IMG/VR virus record: IMGVR_UViG_3300025451_000020
Location: 1-48,331 of that record
Strand: one strand, 5' to 3'
Origin: a virus
Lineage: Duplodnaviria; Caudoviricetes
Length of the DNA: 48,331 nucleotides
Of the stretch, positions 18,540-26,900 are shown piece by piece (position 1 is the first letter of the stretch; every line of letters starts with the position of its first letter). Below the pieces are notes generated by a model that did not search any database, was not told the origin of the DNA, and was given only the letters and a program-made list of their open reading frames with translations. The position numbers and the translations under genes are program-made.

Positions 18540-18773
18540 TTACTCGACTTCGTCAGTAACGACATTGAACTCGAGCTGCTCAGCAGTTCCGTGGGCGCGG
18601 AGTGCATCGAGCTCGTGGTCAATCGCTTGTCGGACAACCAAAAGACTTTGCATCTGGTTGATAAGCTTTTCAACGTTCTCTTCAAGCTCATCACAAAGAC
18701 CTTTCAAGGTATCGGATTCACGTTTCAGCAAAGCCAACTGTGCCACGCCCGAAGGCATTACTTGGAGACTCAT
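18540..18773 (-). CDS. Small coiled-coil protein
   Basis: 77 aa with heptad pattern; ATGA overlap. Confidence 0.65.
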   Translation of the reverse strand: MSLQVMPSGVAQLALLKRESDTLKGLCDELEENVEKLINQMQSLLVVRQAIDHELDALRAHGTAEQLEFNVVTDEVE

Positions 18774-19450
18774 GCTGCACCTCCCACGATATTAACCAAG
18801 AATGTCTTCACAGCCTTTGGTGTAGTCGCTGCTGAGCGTCCCAAGCAAGGAACGTACCAGCTGTACTTACCGCGTTCAAGAAGCAAAGAACTAAGATTCC
18901 ATTGGGTATCCGTCAACGCGAGTTGTGGGTTACCGGCGTGGAAGCTATTCAAGATCTTAAACGTGTGATCGTAAGCAAAGCTCTGGACGATCAAACGTGC
19001 CAACTGGTAGGGGGTACCATCGATCAGGTATGGGAACATTTCAGCTGCTTCTTCTTCGTCCAAGCCGCTAAGCTCAGCAACGTGAGGAATCAACATGATG
19101 ATTTCTGCGCGGGGGATCACAGAGTATTGGCTATCCAGCTTCAGCTGTGCGGCTTCTTCTGGGGTATGAGCGATACGAGCTTGGTCGTCTCCATCGTACG
19201 GAGTCTTTTCGGTCCAGCTCTTCTCGATCGAAACAACAGTCACTGGCAGTTTCTTGCCAGGTTTGATGATTGCTGCGCGGCGATCCAGAACAATTTCTCC
19301 TGGGTTACCTTCGATCTGACTCATCTTTTGGATGCAGTTCAGCTTCGGGACATGGAAGTCCTCTGCATTGAAAGTTGCATTATTGTTACTTGCGACCACA
19401 AGGGTGGCAACCGGCTCTGCCGTTACGACGGCTACTTCTGTCTTACTCAT
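18770..19450 (-). CDS. Probable ssDNA-binding/annealing protein
   Basis: Lies between the Cas4-like nuclease and PolA; FHVPKLNCIQKMS...GKYSWYVP pattern. Start ATG 19450. Confidence 0.5.
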   Translation of the reverse strand: MSKTEVAVVTAEPVATLVVASNNNATFNAEDFHVPKLNCIQKMSQIEGNPGEIVLDRRAAIIKPGKKLPVTVVSIEKSWTEKTPYDGDDQARIAHTPEEAAQLKLDSQYSVIPRAEIIMLIPHVAELSGLDEEEAAEMFPYLIDGTPYQLARLIVQSFAYDHTFKILNSFHAGNPQLALTDTQWNLSSLLLERGKYSWYVPCLGRSAATTPKAVKTFLVNIVGGAA

Positions 19451-19482
19451 TCGGGTGTCTGGTTTCTGTTTTGTCTGTTCAA

Positions 19483-20637
19483 TCAACCTTGGGCTAGCGT
19501 GAAACGTTCTGTTCCACGTTCCAAGATTCTCTCATCGTCTAAGCCAACTTCGAAGTCGCGAGCCCATTCGGTCTTTTTTCCCTTCGGTGCTTTCGCGGCG
19601 TAAACGTCACGAATTTTAGCGAAAGGGATGTCAGATGCCTCGAGGACTTGTGCGAGATCAATGCCGCGCCCATTTGCATAAGCAAGGAAAGCTGGCTTGT
19701 CAACGATAAGTTTTCTTGCGCCCATGCTTTTTAGCTTGAGCCCAGGAAGTTCTACTCCATCCTTTGCTAGGGCAACTGCCTTAGCGCGAATGCCATCCGC
19801 CCATTTTTCAACGATGGTGGCTACGGAATAAAGTTTAGAAATAATTTCTGGATCCTCGATATCTGCGGCACTTACTGGCCCGTCTGGAAGGATATCAGGG
19901 TAGAGTCGGACAGCAATTTCTTGCGCTGTATGCCCGAGAGCTGGGCAACGATCACGGTGGGCGCAGTAGCTGCAACCATTGGTAATATTCAAAGACTCCC
20001 AGTTAGGCGTCCCGTTGTTTTTCCACTGCGGACGTACAGCCATTGCCGTGATAATCGTGTCACTAACGATCGCGATGTAATGTGGAAGTTGATCACGGTG
20101 GTATTCTCCAATCAAAAGCTCCTGACGCTGTGGCAAAGAGAAGCTGGCATAGATTGTAGAAACTTCTGGAAATTGTTGGAAGACACCGATCGCGTAAGCA
20201 GTGCTCTGCCAGTTCTCTGGGGGCGCATCAACATGGCCGATGCCGGTCTTGTGGTCGTGTAGTACTGCTTGGTTCCCCGCAACAGCCACGATATCCGCGG
20301 TACCAAATGTCTCGCAACCATTCAATGCCATCTCGAGTCGAATCTCTTGGTGGATGATCGGCTCGATGTCGGTCTTTTCCTTGAGGTAAGCAATCGCATC
20401 ATCCATGTCGATGATTAGCTGGTTAAAGATCCCAACTTCTTTTTCGTTATGAAGCGCGGATGGGTTGCGGACTTCGACAGCTTCGTGGATTCGAGTGCCC
20501 ATCTCGGCTGCGTCGTTAGTTCCTCCGCGGCTTTCCCAGCCAGCGCAGGCGTTAACGTGTTTGAGGCTGGATGGACCGTACTCTGCGTGCGGACGCTCAG
20601 AGTGGTCTGGTGTTATTGCGTTTGTTTCTGTACTCAT
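19483..20637 (-). CDS. DUF2800/Cas4-like PD-(D/E)XK exonuclease
   Basis: HAEYGPSS...C, GTRIHE, FGTADIV, LHDHKTG, CSYCAHRDRCP Fe-S/Zn cysteines. Confidence 0.85.
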   Translation of the reverse strand: MSTETNAITPDHSERPHAEYGPSSLKHVNACAGWESRGGTNDAAEMGTRIHEAVEVRNPSALHNEKEVGIFNQLIIDMDDAIAYLKEKTDIEPIIHQEIRLEMALNGCETFGTADIVAVAGNQAVLHDHKTGIGHVDAPPENWQSTAYAIGVFQQFPEVSTIYASFSLPQRQELLIGEYHRDQLPHYIAIVSDTIITAMAVRPQWKNNGTPNWESLNITNGCSYCAHRDRCPALGHTAQEIAVRLYPDILPDGPVSAADIEDPEIISKLYSVATIVEKWADGIRAKAVALAKDGVELPGLKLKSMGARKLIVDKPAFLAYANGRGIDLAQVLEASDIPFAKIRDVYAAKAPKGKKTEWARDFEVGLDDERILERGTERFTLAQG

Positions 20638-20903
20638 AGATTAGCGGTTTCTTGTTCCTCGTCGAACATTGCAAGTTCGCTGTGAACGTCATCAGCAATA
20701 ACTTTGAACTCTCTGCTTGGCAAGGATAAATCTGAATTATTTTCAGCATAGTTTTTTGTGACTTCGACGTAGCGTTCAAGAGCGAGTTCCCGCAAAAGTT
20801 TTCGAGCTGCCCAGTAATTTACCCAGACCGATGAGCTAGTCTTGTTTGCTTCCCCTAAACGATCGATAATGAATTGTAAACGATCTTGTGAATTATTTTC
20901 CAT
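20634..20903 (-). CDS. Hypothetical protein
   Basis: 89 aa, overlaps both neighbours. Confidence 0.6.
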   Translation of the reverse strand: MENNSQDRLQFIIDRLGEANKTSSSVWVNYWAARKLLRELALERYVEVTKNYAENNSDLSLPSREFKVIADDVHSELAMFDEEQETANL

Positions 20904-22200
20904 GAAGGGCTTCTAGGTTCTTGATTTTGGTAGCTATAACATCCATAACGGATTCTTCAACACTATCGGCAGCTACCACTACTTGCTGCAAAGAATCGCT
21001 TTTAGCCCCATTACGGAATATCCGACCAAGGACTTGGAGATGGGACTTCACGTTGAAGGTCGGGCTAATCAAGGAGACCCGTTGTCTTTGGCCTTGGATA
21101 TCGTGTAAACTTAATCCGGTACCACCGGCCTCGATATTGGCGATTAGTATCCCACATCCGCGATCTGCTTGAAAATCATCAATGATCTGTTGCCGGTCAT
21201 CAGCTTTCTGACCACCTTGAATCACAGGGCACTTAAGGCTTTCCTGCAAAAGCTGGATCGTCTCACGGAAGTTCATGAAAAGTACGACGCTCATTCCTTG
21301 CTCAACGTAGTCGTTAGTCAAAGCAATCAGGTCTTGCACCTTACCCAACTCAGCTGCTTGACGGGCACGTAGGAGCCTGACGATAAAGAGTTCTTCGGAG
21401 TCATCTTCTTCAAGAACTTCTTCCATCAAGAACCTTGCAACGGCGTCCTCGCTAATCCCTTCGTTCTGATAAGCAGATGTAGCCTTCTTGCTACAAGTCA
21501 CCGGCAATACTTGGACGTTGTTGTTGCGGAATGAATCGGGGAAGTCGGCTACTGTCAAACGATACGAGCTACCAGATTCACCGTACAAGACTCGGTGGAG
21601 GTCCTTGAGCTTTGCTTTGTCGGAGACGTACCATGAGTTCCAGATATCCTGCTTGCATCCCACGGTGTACATCCAGCTAGTCCAGCTCCTAAGCCGAGAC
21701 ATAGAGGAGTTCAGGTTATGAAGTCCCAAAGCAAAGCCCAAAGCCCGCATCTCGGTTGGGTCCTCACAAGCGGTAGCACTGAGCAAATGGAGGGGATACC
21801 CTTGTTGTGTAGCAGCGATAAGAAGCTGGGCGTTCAGAGAGAAAGCTCCTTGAGTCTTATGGCACTCATCAAAAATTAGTAAGGTATTAGGTGGAAGGTT
21901 CCACTTCATAATCTTCTTGCCGGTCTTCGAGAGGTGCGTGGTACTTCCGTTGCGAAGTTTCTCGTAGTTAAGAACAAAGATTGGTTCGACTCCGTGGCTT
22001 TCGAATTCGCGTTTCCAGTTCGTAATGACGGCTTTGGGGCAAACAACAGCGACTTGGCGACCCAAGGCTTGGGTCAAATGAACTGAAACTACGGTCTTAC
22101 CGGTACCAACTACCGAGGTATCCAAAGAATTTCTTTTGCTTTGTTGGACCTTTAAAAAGAAATCCAAAGCCTTTTGCTGTGCGGGATAAAGAGTTTTCAT
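20893..22200 (-). CDS. Superfamily 2 (SNF2-like) DNA helicase
   Basis: LYPAQ Q-motif, GTGKT, IFDECH, LSAT, GGTGLSL, QVLGRIFRNG. Confidence 0.9.
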   Translation of the reverse strand: MKTLYPAQQKALDFFLKVQQSKRNSLDTSVVGTGKTVVSVHLTQALGRQVAVVCPKAVITNWKREFESHGVEPIFVLNYEKLRNGSTTHLSKTGKKIMKWNLPPNTLLIFDECHKTQGAFSLNAQLLIAATQQGYPLHLLSATACEDPTEMRALGFALGLHNLNSSMSRLRSWTSWMYTVGCKQDIWNSWYVSDKAKLKDLHRVLYGESGSSYRLTVADFPDSFRNNNVQVLPVTCSKKATSAYQNEGISEDAVARFLMEEVLEEDDSEELFIVRLLRARQAAELGKVQDLIALTNDYVEQGMSVVLFMNFRETIQLLQESLKCPVIQGGQKADDRQQIIDDFQADRGCGILIANIEAGGTGLSLHDIQGQRQRVSLISPTFNVKSHLQVLGRIFRNGAKSDSLQQVVVAADSVEESVMDVIATKIKNLEALHGK

Positions 22201-22493
22201 GCTGTATAAATAATATATCCAAAGTATTCGTAACCGCTCGGGTCAACCGCGTATGGTTCGTGATCGATTCGAGTTATTAAGCTGTGCGGTAGCTTTCGAC
22301 TGTAATCGTCTAAGTAGTCTCCTACTGCTAGGTAAGGACCTCCAGGAGGGTCTATCGAATGCATTACATCTTTAGTACCCGAATAACTCCATGGAAGCTC
22401 ACGGGGATCGTCTACTTGAAAGAGCCACTTTTTTGGCTCGAGTAGTTTTAGCTCGACGTTTAGGCGGTACCGGTTCTGGAACGTTATTTTCAT
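22197..22493 (-). CDS. Hypothetical protein
   Basis: 98 aa with IDPPGGP motif; ATGA coupling to the helicase. Confidence 0.6.
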   Translation of the reverse strand: MKITFQNRYRLNVELKLLEPKKWLFQVDDPRELPWSYSGTKDVMHSIDPPGGPYLAVGDYLDDYSRKLPHSLITRIDHEPYAVDPSGYEYFGYIIYTA

Positions 22494-22962
22494 TTGCGTA
22501 TAATGCGATTAGGGCTGCGTCAATAATTCCATCGTGGGGAATCTTTCCTGCGCCGACCATCCACTTTTGTTTGGGCCAACGCAAAGAGGCTTTACGTAAG
22601 GCCAAGATCTTTGTCAAACCTTTCTTGAGTCTTTTTCCAAGAATCTCATTTTGCCAATCATTGACTTGGACCCGTAAGCACGGGATGTTCGCCGCGGCAC
22701 AGAGTCCAATAATCTTACCGAAGCTCAGAGCCATGCTCCGCATCGAGGCCAGAGTCGGAGCGAAGTGCAAGGGCTCCTCGATCGCGACAGTTACTTCTGG
22801 GAATTGAAGGATCCAGTTTAAAACAGCGTTTGGATCAATCTCGTTTTTATAACCGACCTGTTTGCAGGGCATCTTCGCGATTGCGATGATCTGCCCTGTC
22901 GAAGCCTCTAGAGCCACCAAGCCACCAGATAAACCGTTATCAATTCCCAGAATAACTTGCAT
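22399..22962 (-). CDS. ruvC: RuvC-like Holliday junction resolvase
   Basis: ILGIDNGLSGG, VAIEE, HDGIIDAALIA acidic catalytic motifs. Confidence 0.85.
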   Translation of the reverse strand: MQVILGIDNGLSGGLVALEASTGQIIAIAKMPCKQVGYKNEIDPNAVLNWILQFPEVTVAIEEPLHFAPTLASMRSMALSFGKIIGLCAAANIPCLRVQVNDWQNEILGKRLKKGLTKILALRKASLRWPKQKWMVGAGKIPHDGIIDAALIALYANENNVPEPVPPKRRAKTTRAKKVALSSRRSP

Positions 22963-23201
22963 CAGTCTTCGAGGTCAAGTTCGCATTGACGGTCGTGGTC
23001 AGGGTCTTGCTCTGACTCACACTCGCAACGGTACCTTCCGCATTCTGAACAATCGTTAGAATACGTACATTCCCCTTCAAAATCAATACAACACGCCCCG
23101 TTTTTCTTATTTTTAGAGAAAATCGATTCGTAATTATTACGGTAGGATTCTCCATTAACCGGTCGTTTACCGTCTCCTTTTCCTGCGGGGTTGTAGCTCA
23201 T
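22962..23201 (-). CDS. Small phage protein (GKGDxxRP family) with Cys-rich tail
   Basis: GKGDGKRPVN..Y..NYESIF; C-terminal CC..C..CSEC..CEC. Confidence 0.6.
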   Translation of the reverse strand: MSYNPAGKGDGKRPVNGESYRNNYESIFSKNKKNGACCIDFEGECTYSNDCSECGRYRCECESEQDPDHDRQCELDLED

Positions 23202-23248
23202 TGCGAATTCAGGTTTAAAGCATCAAGATTCAAGATGCAAGGAAAAAG

Positions 23249-23330
23249 TGCAAGTGATCGGACTCGAACCGACAAGCCTCGCGGCGGAAGATTTTAAGTC
23301 TCCAGTGTTTACCAGTTTCACCACACTTGC
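23249..23330 (-). tRNA. tRNA-Leu(UAA), no encoded CCA
   Basis: GCAAGTG/CACTTGC acceptor, TGGTGAAACTGGTAAACAC D arm, GGAGA-CTTAAAA-TCTTC anticodon arm, long variable arm, GTCGG-TTCGAGT-CCGAT T arm, A73. Confidence 0.92.
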
Positions 23331-23460
23331 AAAAAAGTTTGTGGGTTACGGTGTTCCCACGCAAGCTTACTGCGTACTTGCCGCTCACTGGTGGGTTGTG
23401 CCGCCAGCCTTTTTCACGCTCTCAGCTTTTCAACTTTATCGGGTATCGTGCTTGAGAAAT

Positions 23461-23537
23461 TGGAGCAAAGGTGTGGGATTCGATACCCACATTTTAGAAG
23501 TACAATCTTCCGGTTCTAAACTTGAACTAACCCCCGC
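23461..23537 (-). ncRNA. Atypical tRNA-like RNA with encoded CCA
   Basis: GCGGGGGT TA GTTC-AAGTTTA-GAAC C GGAAG-ATTGTA-CTTCT AAAAT GTGGG-TATCGAAT-CCCAC ACCTTTGC T CCA: a cloverleaf with a 6-nt anticodon loop and 8-nt T loop. Confidence 0.65.
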
Positions 23538-23541
23538 AGAA

Positions 23542-23643
23542 TACATGAGGAAGGATACGAACCTTCGGGCGTTGTTCACAGCTAGATCTGTATGGAACCC
23601 CGCTCTTAATCTAGTCACCATTAAACCGCTCTGGCACTCATGT
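23542..23643 (-). ncRNA. Class II tRNA-like RNA with enlarged anticodon arm (possible intron-containing tRNA-Leu(AAG))
   Basis: Perfect ACATGAG/CTCATGT acceptor + A73; D arm CCAGAGCGGTTTAATGG; CTAGA-[23 nt]-TCTAG; variable arm; GAAGG-TTCGTAT-CCTTC T arm. Confidence 0.7.
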
Positions 23644-23840
23644 GAAATTGACGCTCCGTTAACTCAGCTCAGATTTGGAATCCTCACTGCTGATGCTCTA
23701 AACAGCGCACACGGAACAACATGTCCTCCGAACATCAGAAAATTATTCACTGACAAGACTCGCAGCCTTCGTCCATATTACAGGTTGAAGGACGTTCTGG
23801 CAAGGGCTCATTGAAGTCATCGTCGTCGATTACAATAGGA

Positions 23841-24266
23841 TCAATAACCATTAGAATTGCATTTGGTTGGGGTGAAGCCGAGGTCTATAACGAGGTGGTC
23901 TACAAGACCTTGGAGGCTGTTCTTGTTATCAGTAGCTTCAATATTACAAGCCTCAGCGTATTGGGAGAGATCTTGAATTTGTTTTTGCTGATTTTGGATC
24001 TGTTCTTCTTGTTCGAAAAAGGTCAAAGCATCATTGCTAGTGATCCTACGAAGCAAATCAACTTGGATATCAGCGTCGTGAAGAGCTTCTGTAATAGCGT
24101 CATAGCCTGTAGAAAGATCACGGTAGTCTTCGATGACCTCATCGTAGTCATTAAGAAGAGCTTCGTGATTTTCACAAAGCTGCGTAGCGGCAGCGGCAAG
24201 CTTATCAAAGGCGGCACACTTCTCTTTATAAAGAGAAATAACATTTGGGTAGGTGATGGCTTTCAT
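23841..24266 (-). CDS. Acidic coiled-coil hypothetical protein
   Basis: 141 aa; ATGA coupling. Confidence 0.65.
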   Translation of the reverse strand: MKAITYPNVISLYKEKCAAFDKLAAAATQLCENHEALLNDYDEVIEDYRDLSTGYDAITEALHDADIQVDLLRRITSNDALTFFEQEEQIQNQQKQIQDLSQYAEACNIEATDNKNSLQGLVDHLVIDLGFTPTKCNSNGY

Positions 24267-24472
24267 AAAGTTTCTGTGTTTTTAATTAAATGTTGGTAAC
24301 CTGCTTGATTGACTCTTTCCTTGATCCGCTCAACTTTTCGCTGAAGCATCGTCAAGGTTGTCAATTCGTCGTGGCTAGGTTGATTTCTTTTTTCCAACCA
24401 GTCAATAAGAATCTTGAGTTCTGACTGGAGTTTTTTAGTCCGTGCCTCGCGGAGTCCGATTGTGGTGGTCAT
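24263..24472 (-). CDS. Small coiled-coil protein
   Basis: 69 aa; ATGA overlaps on both sides. Confidence 0.6.
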   Translation of the reverse strand: MTTTIGLREARTKKLQSELKILIDWLEKRNQPSHDELTTLTMLQRKVERIKERVNQAGYQHLIKNTETL

Positions 24473-24816
24473 TGTTCCTGAGCGGTAAGATTTTTATCTT
24501 TTACAAAGGTTCCGTCTTGCATTGTTCCCGTACGGTCTTTGATTTCGAGGTATGCTAGGCGTAGGCATTCCTCCGCGGTGGTGCCAAAAAGCTCGGCAAG
24601 CAAGATCAAGGTAATGATCGAGTCACCAATTCCGTCTTGGATCGCTCCGATCGTACCAGCCCCTTGTTGGTAATTCTGGATCGCTTCGGCGGTCTCCTCG
24701 ATTTCCTCAACGACTTTAGCCCATTGGCCTTGGATTGTTCCTTTGCCCTGGGGGCCTAGAATTCCCTTGGTAACGCCCCAGTCCTTGATTGCGTAGAATA
24801 AATTTTGTAGTCTCAT
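24469..24816 (-). CDS. MazG-like nucleotide pyrophosphohydrolase
   Basis: KVVEEIEE...IQDGIGDSIITL...AYLEIKDRTGTMQDGTFVKD, typical phage MazG-like. Start ATG 24816. Confidence 0.85.
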   Translation of the reverse strand: MRLQNLFYAIKDWGVTKGILGPQGKGTIQGQWAKVVEEIEETAEAIQNYQQGAGTIGAIQDGIGDSIITLILLAELFGTTAEECLRLAYLEIKDRTGTMQDGTFVKDKNLTAQEQ

Positions 24817-25022
24817 TGGTTTTGAATTTTGTTTAAAGCCGCAATGCGGTGTTCGTCGGACGCGAGTATCAGATCGATGTCGCTGACAAGAGCGCAGCCT
24901 GACTTGTTCTTCGGCATTGTCGAGCCGACGATTGCTCTTAAGGCGTTGACCCACTTAACCCGCAGCGTGAGATTGCTTCTATCAAGCAAGCCAGCGGCTT
25001 CTTCTTGTTCGCGTATGGTCAT
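24813..25022 (-). CDS. Hypothetical protein
   Basis: 69 aa; ATGA overlaps. Confidence 0.55.
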   Translation of the reverse strand: MTIREQEEAAGLLDRSNLTLRVKWVNALRAIVGSTMPKNKSGCALVSDIDLILASDEHRIAALNKIQNQ

Positions 25023-25672
25023 TGCCCTTTTGGTTGGTAATCGTTATCGATGGTCTTCTTGAAGTTGACTTGTCCAGCAATATGAAACACGACAATGCCT
25101 TCAGGATTCATGAACCCTTTAGCAGCAACGCTGCCGTGCTGCTTGAGATCGTAAAGTACGAGCCGCACGATGTCGGTATCGAACAGTCCAGAATAAAGAA
25201 TCGGAACCACTAGACAGCAAGCTGGAGCCTGTTCGGTGTACTTTGGTTCCGCTTTCGGATTCGGATTCAGGATTAAGGATACAGGCTTGCCGTGTTCGAC
25301 CCAACGTCCGGCATTGAATAACGAGAAGAAACGCTCGCCGTTCTTGTAGCCGTAGCCGCGTTGGATTTTGCTACCCCACCACTCGCCGAAGTGATGGCCG
25401 ACTCCTAACTTGAAAAGTTCGACGGCATTGTCCAACACCCATTGGGCAAAGCCGAAGTTGTCATCTTGCGGCGTGATCCAGCGAGTACGAGATCCAGCCC
25501 AAATGCCTAACGGCTCTTCGCCGCCGAACTGTCCGCCCAAACAGTTTGAGTCTAGCGGGTCGTAAGCACCGATGTAGATGCTGGCATTTGTGCCGTCGAT
25601 TTTCTCAGTGACGATGCAGTCTCGCGACAAGCGAGCCATTTTGGGGAAAGGTCTAAAAGGAAATGTGCTCAT
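25019..25672 (-). CDS. RNA ligase (Rnl2-like nucleotidyltransferase domain)
   Basis: Motif I TEKIDGTNA, GSRTRWI, motif III FGEWWG, IIIa FSLFN, motif IV PEGIVV, motif V FKK. Confidence 0.85.
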   Translation of the reverse strand: MSTFPFRPFPKMARLSRDCIVTEKIDGTNASIYIGAYDPLDSNCLGGQFGGEEPLGIWAGSRTRWITPQDDNFGFAQWVLDNAVELFKLGVGHHFGEWWGSKIQRGYGYKNGERFFSLFNAGRWVEHGKPVSLILNPNPKAEPKYTEQAPACCLVVPILYSGLFDTDIVRLVLYDLKQHGSVAAKGFMNPEGIVVFHIAGQVNFKKTIDNDYQPKGQ

Positions 25673-25677
25673 GTTAG

Positions 25678-25773
25678 TTACCAAAGGTTCAAGTTACGGG
25701 CGCAGTTGGCGATGATGAAGCCACACGTTGTAGCTTGCAGTAGGTAGTAGCAGATTTTGATAAAGGTCTTCAT
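25678..25773 (-). CDS. 31-aa hydrophobic microprotein (not in ORF track)
   Basis: MKTFIKICYYLLQATTCGFIIANCARNLNLW*; ATGA overlap with the upstream gene; fills the gap. Confidence 0.5.
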   Translation of the reverse strand: MKTFIKICYYLLQATTCGFIIANCARNLNLW

Positions 25774-25979
25774 TGGTTCTTGTATTGTTTGTACTTAATC
25801 AGTGCTGGCAAATAGATTAGCATCCGCTCAAGATCTTCGACGTTGTGCTCGCACTGCCGACAAATAGGATCGAGTTTGCGCTGTGCTGGCAAGTTATTTC
25901 TTCTGCCGCTGCGACCGCAGATGATGCACTTGTAACGGCGGGACGGCAGTGGTTCAGTTGCCGTATTCGGCGATTCCAT
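25770..25979 (-). CDS. Small Zn-finger-like protein
   Basis: CIICG...CRQC pair. Confidence 0.6.
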   Translation of the reverse strand: MESPNTATEPLPSRRYKCIICGRSGRRNNLPAQRKLDPICRQCEHNVEDLERMLIYLPALIKYKQYKNQ

Positions 25980-26571
25980 TTTCCTGTAGGATGGTTAGTT
26001 GTTCGGCGTTCTGTTTGCGGACAACGGCTAGTTCTTCGTTGAGTTCTTTATGCTGCTCTTTCATTACTCTCTTGTTACTCTTCGCTCGTTCGAGTGCTTT
26101 AGATGCTTCTTTGAGATCGCGTTCTTGTTCGACAGCGAGTAGCTTCCACTCATCCCGATCAGCAACAAGTTTGCTGTGGCCCGCTTGCCAGATGTTGCAT
26201 GAGCTGACGGCTTCAGCTAACTGCTTTCGCAATTCGTCCAACTGAAATTCCTGTAGCTTATAGAGGTCACGCCTGAATGCTAGATCGAATCGGGCTTCGT
26301 CTCGCTCGCGCTTAGCTCTGGCAATGCGTTTGTCGGCATTGGCGATGATGTCGAGCCATTCCCCTGCACTAGCTTTCCTTGTAGCTATAGCTTCATCGCG
26401 CTCGCGTTCTAGCTTACGGGCAAGATTGAGCATATCAACTAAAGCCGCTTCAAGATCATCCCGCTCACACATGAACGCAAGCTCTTTATCAAGCTTATCG
26501 TGTAGGGCGTTAGATTCAGGTGTATCAGATACTGTACAGGATTGCTGTGTTTTGTTTGAAGTATCAGTCAT
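25954..26571 (-). CDS. Coiled-coil protein with ERERDEA repeats
   Basis: LERERDEAI, KRERDEAR, ADRDEW; SDTPES motif near the N-terminus. Start ATG 26571. Confidence 0.65.
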   Translation of the reverse strand: MTDTSNKTQQSCTVSDTPESNALHDKLDKELAFMCERDDLEAALVDMLNLARKLERERDEAIATRKASAGEWLDIIANADKRIARAKRERDEARFDLAFRRDLYKLQEFQLDELRKQLAEAVSSCNIWQAGHSKLVADRDEWKLLAVEQERDLKEASKALERAKSNKRVMKEQHKELNEELAVVRKQNAEQLTILQENGIAEYGN

Positions 26572-26576
26572 TGTAG

Positions 26577-26900
26577 TTATTTGATAATTTGTTTGGCGAT
26601 TTCTCGAAGTTCGGTAAGTACGTTGATAAACCAATCGAGATCGCTTGATAGTTCATACTCTGCTAGCTGTAAGTCAACGCGAGAATCGTCCTCTCCGCAG
26701 AGAATGAACGAGCCATCGAACTTAACGATAGCATAAAAGTTCGTATCCTTTAGCTTGTATCTGGCATAGGTAGAACATTCGTTTATCCAATCGCGCTGCC
26801 AGTAAAAGTATTCGGGCTGCACTTCTCCGCCACAGTGATCGCATACGCCGCCGACAAAGCCTCTCGGTTCATCGCAGCATTGTTCTGGTTTAGTTGTCAT
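26577..26900 (-). CDS. Hypothetical protein with N-terminal Zn-ribbon-like cysteines
   Basis: CC...CDHCGG. Confidence 0.6.
   Translation of the reverse strand: MTTKPEQCCDEPRGFVGGVCDHCGGEVQPEYFYWQRDWINECSTYARYKLKDTNFYAIVKFDGSFILCGEDDSRVDLQLAEYELSSDLDWFINVLTELREIAKQIIK

Noticed and set aside
18902-19603. Long antisense ORFs (e.g. 18902-19603, 41715-42308, 46756-47343)
   Set aside because: They shadow well-supported genes on the opposite strand and are explained by codon bias.
19483-20637. Cas4-like nuclease as a sign of a CRISPR system
   Set aside because: No repeat-spacer array or other cas genes are present; DUF2800 nucleases are standard in PolA replication modules.
23755-23810. GTCC...GGACGAA resembling hammerhead ribozyme stem II
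   Set aside because: The required CUGAnGA core and GAAA are absent (CAGAAC / GAAG).
23248-23814. 188-aa + strand ORF covering the tRNA cluster
   Set aside because: It is antisense to a clear tRNA-Leu and two tRNA-like elements, opposite to the local gene orientation, and has no recognisable motifs; most likely a chance ORF.
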